The notes under the pieces were generated by a model. The model saw only the letters and a list, made by a program, of their open reading frames with translations. It was not told the DNA's origin and made no database searches. Both the position numbers and the translations under genes were made by a program. Below, in pieces: positions 54,131 to 64,000 of a stretch of 64,000 nt of DNA; the stretch's first letter is position 1, and the number at the start of each line of letters is the position of its first letter. The stretch is from Stegostoma tigrinum (taxonomy: Eukaryota): positions 17,487,309 through 17,551,308 of the forward strand of contig NC_081387.1 of assembly GCF_030684315.1 (NCBI RefSeq), in the 5' to 3' direction.

Positions 54131-56005
54131 GTGAGGCCACGGACCTGGGAATTGAATGGATGTGATTAAATGTGGGTGAGTGTATTTGTAAGCGCGTTTA
54201 CGTATGTGATGAACGGCTGCGTACGTGTGGGGGAGTAGTGTGTGAGAGCTGTGTGGGATAGTGACTGGAGCTGGTTATTTGTGTGGGTGAGCATATGTTA
54301 GTCTGTGTTTGTGCAAGGAGGAGTGTAGAAACATGTTTGTGTATTTTTAAATTGCAAAAACATATTTTATTCATGAAAAATCTTTATGTACATATCCAGA
54401 TACTAAAGCAATTCTGTACAGTCATTGGATATCAAGAAAAACAAATGTTGAAATATGACATTTCCTACAGTCACGAAAACCAAAGGCCTTTCTTACTCAT
54501 GCATGGTACGATTTACATATGTTGAGACAACCAGAGGGTCTGATAACTGAACGAACCCCTATTTAACTTGAGAAAGATCTCAGGCACTGGTCTTTTCCTG
54601 TTGCCTCTTGGCTTTAGTGCATCCCTCAGCACATAGTCGTGGATCTTGGAATGTGCGAGTCTGCAATGCTCGGTAGTGGTCAACTCCTTGCTCTGGAATA
54701 TCAACAAGTTTTGGGTAGACCAAACAGCACTTTTCACCAAATTGCTGGTCCTCCAGGCACAGTTTATATTTGTCTCGGTGTGTGACCCAGGGAACAGACC
54801 ATAAAGCACAGACTCCCATGTCACAGAGCTGCCTGGGATGTACCTCAGCAAAGACCACTACATCTCTCTCCAGACCTTCATTGCAAAGGTTCTTTCCAAC
54901 AGGAGTGACAATCTCTCTGCCAGTGCAGCCACTTTAAGGGCTGCATGTGGTAGCTCAGAGAGATTGGGCATGCATGAAGGATCTGATAAGCACTGCTCTT
55001 CTTAACATCAGCCAAGCTACATATCGGCACTGGTTAGAAAATTTTGGTGATGAGGTATTTACCTTGGCTCACAAGGCTAGGTTGAGCTGGTCACAGATTC
55101 TTGCACTTAAAGCAGATCCAAGCAGAAAATGGTGACCTGCAGGCCCTTGCTGCTTGGAATAGTCACCTTTCTCCGGCTCACATCTTTGCTGATGGACTCA
55201 GCAAAAAGCTCTATTTAACACACAAACAAGACAGTAGACAGTGGGCAGCCCTGCCTGACTCCCGATCTGATTGTGAAGCTTTCTGATTCCTATCCATTGA
55301 TTGATACTGCACTATTGATGTTGGTGTAGAGCAGTCGGATCCGATTTTGGATTCCATCCCAAGGACCTGTTTTGGCGAGCACATCCACATGCAGGTGAAT
55401 GATATCATGTCAAATGACTTCTCTGGTCCAGGCTTAGGAGTTAGCCATCCGCCCGCATGTCTTGTGTATAGGCGATTATATCTTTGAGGAGCGCACAGAT
55501 CTTAGAAATCTTCCTGCCAGTACAGCAAGGCTTGGTCAGGGTGAATCGCTAATCTCTCAGACCTGACCCGATTGGCGATGTTGTTCGGCAGGATTTTGCA
55601 TTCGGCAGTGAAATTGCTTGCCACATTCTTATTTCCTCATTGTCCCCTTTCCAGTTCTAGGTGAGGGTGACGAAACCTTTCCTCATGAACTTATACATTC
55701 TATCTTCCAGAAGCACACTGTTGTACACCTCTAGCAGATCCAGGCCAAACAAGCCCCATACAGCTGAATACATATCAGCCAGTAATCCATCACTTCCAGG
55801 AGTTTTCTTCTTTGCTAAGAATTCAATGGCCTTGGTCAACTCATCCATAACAGCTGATCAAGCCTCTCCTGGTTCTGTTGTCTAAAGCCTCCTTCGCAGA
55901 GGGCAAGATGACTGGGAGGTCATGTTGTCTGTGGGCTTCATGCCACACAGTCTGGCATTAAAGGAATTGGATGTGAGTTTGCTCGCTGAGTTGGAAGGTT
56001 AGTTT

Positions 56006-56045
56006 TCAGACGTGTCGTCACCATTCTAGGTGACATCATCAGTGA
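56006..56045 (-). ncRNA. Minimal hammerhead motif, inverted copy
   Basis: TCA-CTGATGA-T-GTCACC/TAGAAT/GGTGAC-GACAC-GTC-TGA. GAAA mutated to GACA. Confidence 0.7.
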
Positions 56046-56449
56046 GCCTCCAACGAAGTGCTGGTGTTATGTCCCACTTTCTATTTATCTGTTAGGTTTC
56101 CTTGGGTTGGTGATGTCACTTCCTGCATTGGTGATGTCACTTCCTGTTCTTCCTATTCAGAAAGCTAGCCACCAGGATACATGAACATCAGAGGAAGGAC
56201 ACCACTTTGATTGGGACAACACATCCATCCTAGGACAAGCCAAACAGAGACACACACAAGAATTCCTAGAAGCATGGCATTCCAACCGGAACTCCATCAA
56301 CAAACACATTGATTTGGAGCCAATCTACCATCCTCTGAGAAAAAGAACAGGAAATGACATCACCAATGCAGGAAATGACATCACCAACCCAAGGAAACCT
56401 AACCAGATAAATAGAAAGCGGGTCATAACACCAGCGCTTCGTCGGAGGC

Positions 56450-56489
56450 TCACTGATGATGTTACCTAGAACGGTGACGAAACATCTGA
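56450..56489 (+). ncRNA. Minimal type I hammerhead ribozyme motif (Penelope pLTR)
   Basis: TCA-CTGATGA-T-GTTACC/TAGAAC/GGTGAC-GAAAC-ATC-TGA: core, 6-bp stem II and 3-bp stem I present. ACGT of stem III decayed to ACAT. Confidence 0.75.
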
Positions 56490-57059
56490 AAACTAACCTT
56501 CCAGCTCAGCGAGCAAACTCACATCCAGAACCTCAACCTGAGCTACAAATCTTCTCAAAACTCATTAAAGGAATTGCTGATCCTCAGACTGAGATAACAT
56601 TACTGAGCCAAAATCTTCCTTCAGACTGCTCAGCACATAGTTGTCCTTGTGCACCTTTTGGAAACAAATCTGATCCTGCTCCAAGGTGCAAACCCTGAAC
56701 TGGAAAATTATCTTGGAAGTCACCAGTGCAAAATGCGAGGCTTGCTGGCTGTTCACCTCCTGGAAAACATCCTTGACGTCAACCCCCATTGTCTGCAGTA
56801 GGAGTAGGTTCTACATGCTTTTCTGGAGTTTGGATAGCTTTCCCCATCTCTCTTGCCTTCTGAACACTTTTGAAGAACCTCTTGATGTTCCTCTTCATGT
56901 TTCCCATTAGTCTGATAGAAGCTCAAAGAGGGGCTTCATGCTTCTGCAATCTGTGTAATCCCTTGTGAGCTCTTCAGTGTCTTTTGGGGTCAACAGTTCA
57001 AATTCCATGTTTCCTTGTTGGCCTGCTGGCAACAGTCAGCCAGCTGGAGAGGAACACTA

Positions 57060-57202
57060 ACTAAAAACCAAAAGAACTATGCTTGCTGTAAATGAGGAAC
57101 AGAAACAGAAACATAAGTTGCTGGAAAGGCTCAGCAGGTCTGGCAGCATCTGTGAAGAAAAAAATCAGAATTAACGTTTTGGGTCCGGTGACCCTTCCTT
57201 GA
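57060..57202 (-). mobile_element. Penelope-derived short element nested in the Keno-like LINE
   Basis: Family body, minus strand GGAAGGGTCACCGGACCCAAAACGTTAA. Confidence 0.68.
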
Positions 57203-57642
57203 CCCAGTGGCTCTGACCGAGAGCATGCAAGATGTAAAGAGGAAAGCTATCCTTGAGTGGATAAACCTGCCTTGCCATGACAGGTGTATTTATGCTGCTG
57301 TGCTGTTGCAGGGGTGCTGAAGACGTTGTCCAGCTTTGTGACTTTAATTGTTTCCATCAGGAATCTAGATGTGGTGTCCAGTTTGTAAGGCTAGGGTTGT
57401 TGCCCTGTTCCTCCTCGAGGACACCGTCCTAATCAGATGTCATTGGGGCAGAGATGAATATGGAAAGTCCTGTTTCATGTCATACTCTAAATTGAGTAGA
57501 GTTATTGTGTGCTTTGCTCCTGGTTCAGAGTGTTGTTGCTCCCAGTTTCCCAGAACTATGCTGCGCTGGGTATCTCATGGTTCCCAACATCAGAAGGTGA
57601 GGTTTCACTGGGCCCAACGTGTTGTCTAGCATTTCCAGGTCA

Positions 57643-57742
57643 GGAACAAAAACAAAGTCGCTGGAAAAGCTCAGCAGGTCTGGCAGCATCTGTGAAGGAG
57701 AAAACAGAGTTCACGTTTTGAGTCCGGAGACCCTTCCTCAGT
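57643..57742 (-). mobile_element. Penelope-derived short element nested in the Keno-like LINE
   Basis: Family body, minus strand CTGAGGAAGGGTCTCCGGACTCAAAACGTG. Confidence 0.68.
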
Positions 57743-58966
57743 TCTTTTTTTTTGCTTTTTGTTCTTTGTTTTGAACTTTGTTTTTGTTCCTGATTTATAA
57801 CATTCACAGTTCTTTTGGTTTTTATTTCCAGTTCGGGGGTTGCTCGGTTCCTTTTCCCACCTCAGTGCTTTGCTTCTTCTGTTTATGGTGATCTTTCCAT
57901 CCATCTTCATTGAAAGAGGAATCAGGTGGTGTCACTCTCCACTCTGCTGCCGGCCTGCAGTAGCCCTGTGTGACTTAAGGTTTCCCTTTCTGGTTATGCA
58001 TCGAGACCTTCCATACACCCTTATGCTTGTTCATTGTGTCCTCCTCCACTGAGTCTGTATTCTCAGGTCGAGATTTAGTTGGTCTCTGTAGCATTTTGCT
58101 TTCTTTCTCCACAAGTCTTCCCTTCCTTCTGACTGTCCCTTTTTTCTCAGTCATCTTATTGGAGGGTGATGCCTGACTGCCCTTTTAGAGTCCACTAATC
58201 ATGTTGACTATTCTGGCCATTTGTGAATGTGTGGCCTCCCCATCTTGGGCAGACCTTATCTAGGTGGCCTGCTTCCCTACACAGCTGCAGCTCTTGGAGT
58301 CCTTTGTCAGGTGCTCTTCCACTTTGCTGTTCTTTGACATGTGCCTTGATTGTAGCAGTTTGGCACAATGCAGGCTGCACCACATACATCAGGTAGCCTT
58401 GGCTCCCTCCAATCGAGAAGCTGGAGAGCGGCTGGAGGCTGCCACCTTCAGGGTCACCTTGACCTGCTGCTTACTGGTCCAGATTCTAAAGGGATCTACT
58501 AGATTGGTGCTACTGCCTTCTAGCTGTATGTACCTGGTCAGGACGTTGAGGACACTTGCTGCTGGGACATGGCAGTTGTAGATATGGAGTATAACATTGC
58601 AGTTCTTCTGTGCTGTGTGAATAAACCATGGTGCTGCAGACAGGACAGAGAGGGGACCATCACTCCCAAATATCTTCAGGAGACATTCACATTGCTTCAT
58701 GCTCCAGGAGGTCAAAATACCTTCCCCGCCTCCCCCAACCCCCGCACCGCTCCTCCCCCCACACCCGACCCCGCCACTTCATCTCTTCCCTCCTGCTGGC
58801 GAAATCCCACAGATAAAAATGTCTGCTGCTTGGAACCCATGTCAATCCGAGAACAGATGGTAAGAACTGCCGATGCTGGAGTCGGAGATGACAGTGTGGA
58901 GCTTCAGAAACACAGCAGGCCAGGCAGCGTCAGAGGAGCAAGAAAGCTGGCGTTACAGGTTGGGAT

Positions 58967-59109
58967 AATAAAATGTGAGGCTGGATGAACACAGCAGGCC
59001 AAGCAGCATCTCAGGAGCACAAGGAGATGCTGCTTGGCCTGCTGTGTTCATCCAGCCTCACATTTTATTATCTTGGAATTCTCCAGCATCTGCAGTTCCC
59101 ATTATCTCT
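58967..59109. mobile_element. Short Penelope-derived fold-back insertion
   Basis: 49-bp perfect inverted repeat (58964-59012 / 59024-59072). 15-bp TSD GTTACAGGTTGGGAT (58952-58966, 59110-59124). Confidence 0.8.
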
Positions 59110-59671
59110 GTTACAGGTTGGGATCCTTCTACAGAAATGGGGGAGGGGAAGAGTGCTCTGAAATAAATAGAGGGGAACGGATAGATGAGAGAGAAGACGG
59201 ATAGGTCAAGGAGGTGGGGATGAAGCTAGTAAAGGTGACTTTAGGTAGGCAGCGGTGATGGTTGGGTCAGTGAGGTGGGAGGAGTGGATAGGTGGGAGAG
59301 AAGATGACAGACAGGTCAGTGTGACAGAGAGAAGGGGCTGGTCTTGGGATGAGGTCGGAGATGGGGAAATTTTGGAAGCCTGTAAAGTCTACATTGAGAC
59401 CATTGGGTTGTGGACTTCCAAGGCAGAATATGAAGTGCTGTTCCTTCAGCTTCCGCGTGGGATTGTTGTGACACTAGAGGAGGCCCAGCATGGACATGTC
59501 ATCCTGGGAGTGGGAGGGGGAGTTAAAGTGGTTCCCGACTGGGACGTGTTGTCGTTTGTTGTCTGTTGTTTGACACGAACTGAGCGTAGGTGTTCTACGA
59601 GGTGGCCTCTGAATCTTCGCTTGGTCTCACCGATGTAGAGGAGGCCACATTAGGGACAGTGGATACAACTG

Positions 59672-59990
59672 AGGCGGCACAATGGCACAGTAGTTAGCGC
59701 TGCTGACTCGCAGTGCCAGGGACCTACGCTCAATTCCAGGCTCGGGCGACTATCTGTGTGAAGTTTGCACATTCTCCCCGCGTCTGCATGGGTTTCCTCC
59801 GGGTGCTCCAGTTTCCTCCCAGAGTCCAAAGATGTGCAGGCTAGGTGAATTGGCCATGCTAAATTACCTATGGTGTAGATGAGGTGGCTTATAGGGGGAC
59901 TGGATCTTGGTGGCGTGCTCTGAGGTCCAGTGTGGACGTGTTGGGCCGAAAGGCCTGTTTCCACACTGTAGGGATTCTATATTTCTATAT
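59672..59990 (+). mobile_element. HE1-type V-SINE nested in a Penelope element
   Basis: GGCGGCAC...GTTAGCGCTGCTG head and V-domain. Confidence 0.85.
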
Positions 59991-61215
59991 CTAATAGACC
60001 ACGTTAGCAGATGTGCAGGTGAACATCTGTTTGATATGGAGGGTTTTTTTGGGGCCTAGGATGGAGGTGAGGGCGGAGGTGTAGGGGCAGGTGTAGCACC
60101 TCCTGCAGTTGCAGGGAAAGGTGCCGGGGGTGGTGGGGCTGGTGGAAAGTGTGGAGCGGATGAGAAAGTTGCGGAGAGAGCAGTCCCTCTGGAAGGCAGA
60201 TAAGGATGGGGAGGGAAATCTATCCTCTCTCACCTCCATTCCAGGCCCCAAAAAAACCATCCATATCAAACAGATGTTCACCTGCAAATCTGCTAATGTG
60301 GTCTACTGTATCCGCTGTTCCTGATGTGGCCTTCTCTAAATTGGTGAGACCAAGTGGAGACCGTTTTGTAGAACACCTACGCTCTGTTCATGATAAATGA
60401 CAATACCTCCCAGTTGGGAACCACTTCAACTCCCCCTCCCACTCCCTGGGTGATATGTCCATCCTGGGCCTCCTACAGTGTCACAACGATGCCACCCAGA
60501 ACTGGAGGAAGCACCTCATATTCCACCTTGGAACTCTACAACCCAATGGTCTCAATGTAGACTTAGCTTCAAAATCTTCCCACACCCGACCTCATCCCAA
60601 GACCAGCCACTTCGCTTATCACCACCTCCTTGACCTGTGCATTTTCTCTCCCACCTATCTACTCCTCCCACCTCACTGACCAATCCCCACCACCACCTAG
60701 CTACACTCACCTTTTACTAGCTTCACCCCTGCTTCCTTGACCTATCTGTCTTATGTTCCATCTATCCGCTCCACTATCTGCCTGGTGTCACCATGCTCCC
60801 CCCTCCCTATTTATTTCAGAGCCTGGTGCCCCGCTCCCCTCCCCCATTTCTGAAGAAGGGCCACCGACCCAAGCTTTCCTGCTCCTCTGATGCTGCATGG
60901 CCCGCTGTGTTCCTCCAGCTCCGCACTGTGTTATCTCAATCCAAGAAGAACCTTTTCACAAAGAAGCCCCAATCTATTGGTGTTCCTTCCTCCACCACGT
61001 CCACATTCATTTTGACCTGGTTCTGGACATGCTGGTCTGGGGCTCAATCACCCACCATGGTTGTAGCTTTGGTCGGCTGTTGACCAAATTAACATTAGCC
61101 AAAGCCAGCATAAAGACCCACCATTAGCAGCTCAGCTCAACCGACTATCTTTCCAAAGCCCAATCACAATCTAGTGGCAATCTCCCAATCCACTGATGAC
61201 TTGAAGCTTGGAGCT

Positions 61216-61241
61216 TACACTTAATCTGAGCCAAAAGACCG
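61216..61241 (-). pseudogene. U2 snRNA 5' fragment (nt 10-35) fused to a retrotransposon
   Basis: Minus strand CGGTCTTTTGGCTCAGATTAAGTGTA is 23/26 identical to U2 nt 10-35, with the same junction as the 19160 copy. Confidence 0.75.
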
Positions 61242-62435
61242 CATGTGGGTGTTTATGGTTATGTTTGTGTCTGTTTGTGCAGGTGTGCGCACACGTGCGT
61301 GTGTGTTAAGGGATTGTGTGTGAGAAGATTGCATTAATGGCTGATTGTCCATTTTGACTGAGTGAACACATGTTAATGTGTATGGCTGAGTGTATGTGTG
61401 GGTGAATGATTGTGCATGAATGAGTGTAAGATTAGATGTGAGTGAGGGGGTGAAAATGTGTGTGGGAGGGTGAGTCTGCATGACTGTGTATGTGTGGGTG
61501 AATGTGTGTTACTAATTGTGTGTGGGTGAGTAAGTGTGTGTATGTATGAGAGCGTGTGTGAGTGTGTGTGAAAGTTTGTTGTAAATGTGTCTGTGGGGTA
61601 ATTGTGGGTATGAATGGGAGTGTGTTTTCTTTTTATGTGTGTGCGTGAAGTTGTGTTTGTATGAGGGTATTCTCATGAGGGAGGGGGTGTTTGTGAGTAT
61701 GAGGGAATGTTTGTATAAGTGAGAGTGCGTTGGTAATGGGGGGCAGTATTAGTATGAGGATGTGCTGTGTGTGAGGTAATAGTTATGTGTAGGAATAGGA
61801 ATGTGTTTGACTTTAAGTATATATTAGTGTGTGAGAGAGGGTGTGTGTGTACGTGAGAGAGAGATGGATGATATATTTGAACGTTTGTATTTCTGCATAC
61901 ATGTGTGATTAAGTACATGTAAGTGAGGGAGTATTTGTGTCTAAGTGAGGGGAATTTCAGGTTGAGTGCATGTGTTTGCATGTTTGAAGGTGTATTTGTG
62001 TGAGGGTGTGTGTGTATGAGAGTTTGTGTATGTAGTGGCATGTGTGAGTGGGTGTTTGAAGTTATGTGTGAGGGGACTTTGATGAAGGGGTATCAATGTA
62101 TGTGGGTATTGCGTGTGTGAGTGTATGTGTGTGAGGCAGTGGTGTGAGTGGCAGTGTCAGTGTGTGGGTGCATGAAGGGCATATGAGTATGTGAGGGAGA
62201 ATGATGAGGTCTGTGAGGATATGTTTCAATGTGTTGTGAGAGTGAGTGAGTGTGTGTCAGTGAGTAAGGATATTGAGTGAGGGGGTTTTGGTTTGAGTGC
62301 CGAGGTGTCAGCAAACGTAATAAGTAATTGGCACACACGCGCGCACACACACAGTGTGAGTGAAGGTGTGTGAGGTGAGGGCTTCTGGTGGGGTTGTGAA
62401 TGATGGGTTGTCTGTATGTGTATGTGAGTGAGTGT
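61242..62435. repeat. Degenerate (TG)n-rich tract (continues at 54170-54343 across the LINE insertion)
   Basis: TG/GTGA-rich low-complexity sequence. Confidence 0.85.
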
Positions 62436-63764
62436 TTGAGGGTTTTTTCATTGAAATTAGCTCGAGCATGAGATGGTGCTGTTGCCAGTAGCGATCTCCC
62501 ACTTAGCGTTGCTGAAGCAAACCTATTTGACCAAGAACAGATGCTAAATTGAAAGGCTGGGAACTGGTCCTACCTTGCAGCCAGGGAGATTTGTAAATGC
62601 ATGGGAACATCCAATGCATATTTTGTCCCTGACCTTTGAACAGCTGAAATAGTTTGAAAGCTTGCAGATCTTTGTATCTAGGGAGACAGCACTATCTTCT
62701 TGAAAGGAATGGCTGCAGAAGGTGTATTGTTTTTGAAGGATACTCCAAAATCTATTGTCAGAAGATAACATGGCCCCTTTAAGGGGAAATGAACCATTAT
62801 TCTGTGTTCTTTCATCCCTCTGTTGGAAGCAATTGCATTCCAGATTGCTACAGGAAGCTTTCAATCGCAGGAAGTGAGTGGGCGGGAAATGGACAGTGAG
62901 TAGGGAGGCCATCAAGGACTAGTGGAGTAAGGAGATATTAACAGAGAGGGACAGATGAGGATGAGAAAGAGACTAGTTATGAGATTAAAAAAAAAGGGCG
63001 AGGCAGTCTAAAGAGAGAAAGTTAGAGGTTACGTGAGAAAAGGGGAGTGAGAACTGGAGAATGAAAAGGAGAGGGAGACAAGGGAAGAGGTGATGGAGAG
63101 AGGGTGTGAAAGGAAGAGGAAGGTGGGAGAGAAGGAAGGAATTGAAAGTGAATTGGAAGAGATTAAGAAAGGAGGGTGAAAAAGAGAGGGAGAATGTGGG
63201 GTGTGGAGCTGAGCACAAGAGGGAGATAGAGGAGTGTCAGGGAACAGACAGAGAGATACTGAGGGAGATGAAGATGGAAGGTGAGAGGATAAAAAGCCAG
63301 AAAGGAGTGTCATACAAGATGAAGAAAGGGGACAGGTAGGCGTGTCATCTTGGGGGACACAGGGGTGATGGTTGAGGGGTTGTACATTGCTGTTTTCTGG
63401 TTCCCTGGTTGTGACCCTCTGTGTAACACAGAGCCACGATTCGGGGGTAAATGTATGCAAGGAATGTTGGTTATAGAAATATAGGATGACCTGCACACAA
63501 TAGGAGAACGCAAAGAGGCGTGCAACAGGCATCTTATTAGTACGCAAATAACCCCACTCAGCAAACCCTCAGTATTACAGTCTCATATAATCATGCAAAT
63601 GCACCCGCTGGAAAAGTCCTCTCTCCATTGCCACTGATAAGAGAGTGGAAATTAAATATCTGACAACATTGATAAGAACAAGGTGTAGCAAAAGTGTCAT
63701 CCTCTCCTTGCCCCCTCTCTCTAATTTAAGCCATATAAAAGAGATATGCTACTACACAGAACAA

Positions 63765-63839
63765 AATTGCATTTGTGACTATGTATACACATAAAGATAT
63801 GTTTCATGAATAAAGTAGATTTTTGAAATTTAAAAAAAA
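63765..63839 (+). mobile_element. Tx1-family 3' tail fragment
   Basis: CATAAAGAT...TTCATGAATAAAGTAGATTTTTGAAATTTAAAAAAAA matches the reverse complement of 54344-54400. Confidence 0.6.
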
Positions 63840-64000
63840 GGGTTATGTGAGTAGTTCAAGTCATCTCAATGGTCAGCTGATGCTATATTAACGAAGCACT
63901 AGGGTTATACCTGGAGGATAGGATAATACACAGGGAACTTCATTTGATTTCTAACAATGTGCTCTGCTGTCCCTGCCCAGGAAATCTTTAATGGATACAG

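Larger units (their letters stand above)
55970..56562 (+). mobile_element. Penelope-like element (GIY-YIG C-terminus, Poseidon-type) with inverted terminal copy and hammerhead motifs
   Basis: Encodes HFDWDNTSILGQAKQRHTQEFLEAWHSNRNSINKHIDLEPIY. About 180-bp inverted repeat (55970-56150 vs 56345-56526). Exact 14-bp TSD CATTAAAGGAATTG (55956-55969, 56563-56576). Confidence 0.85.
58854..60935. mobile_element. Penelope-like element (Neptune-type GIY-YIG) as inverted partial copies
   Basis: CRRCYTCPY, FTC.SANVVYCIRC and GDRFVEHLRSV motifs across the two orientations (59991-60287 minus; 60109-60400 plus). TSD TCAATCC(G/A)AGAA at 58842-58853 and 60936-60947. Confidence 0.82.
54344..61241 (-). mobile_element. 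Near full-length decayed Tx1-clade (Keno-like) non-LTR retrotransposon with a U2 head and several nested insertions
   Basis: ORF1 remnants (58200-58850, 60940-61070). RT-proximal KKKTPGSDGLLADMY...LLEVYN (55657-55848). C-terminal LYGLFPGSH...WRT (54513-54851). AATAAA plus A-rich tail at 54344-54371. U2 5' fragment at the head. Confidence 0.8.

Noticed and set aside
61221-62502. His/Thr-rich ORFs
   Set aside because: Translations of a degenerate (CA)n tract.

Overview
Vertebrate nuclear DNA, most likely from a shark (inferred from HE1 V-SINEs and HER1/CR1-type LINEs). The window is almost entirely intronic sequence of a minus-strand RasGAP gene of the SYNGAP1/DAB2IP/RASAL2 family, best matching SYNGAP1. 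Only one exon is firmly recognisable: 33233-33354, 122 nt, [41 protein letters not shown], equivalent to human exon 5. Two CpG-rich, non-repeat islands look like alternative promoters or first exons: about 23.9-24.3 kb (SynGAP-C-like position) and about 53.6-54.1 kb (possible new basic N-terminus). The rest is a nested set of decayed retroelements: CR1 LINEs, HE1 and other SINEs, a Gypsy remnant, a solo LTR and minisatellites. Two signals stand out. Two Tx1/Keno-like LINEs carry the 5' end of U2 snRNA at their heads although they lie outside any U2 gene. More than a dozen Penelope-derived short elements carry minimal hammerhead-ribozyme motifs. Repeat boundaries were read by eye and are approximate unless a TSD is cited. 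Family names come from recalled consensus sequences, not from a search.
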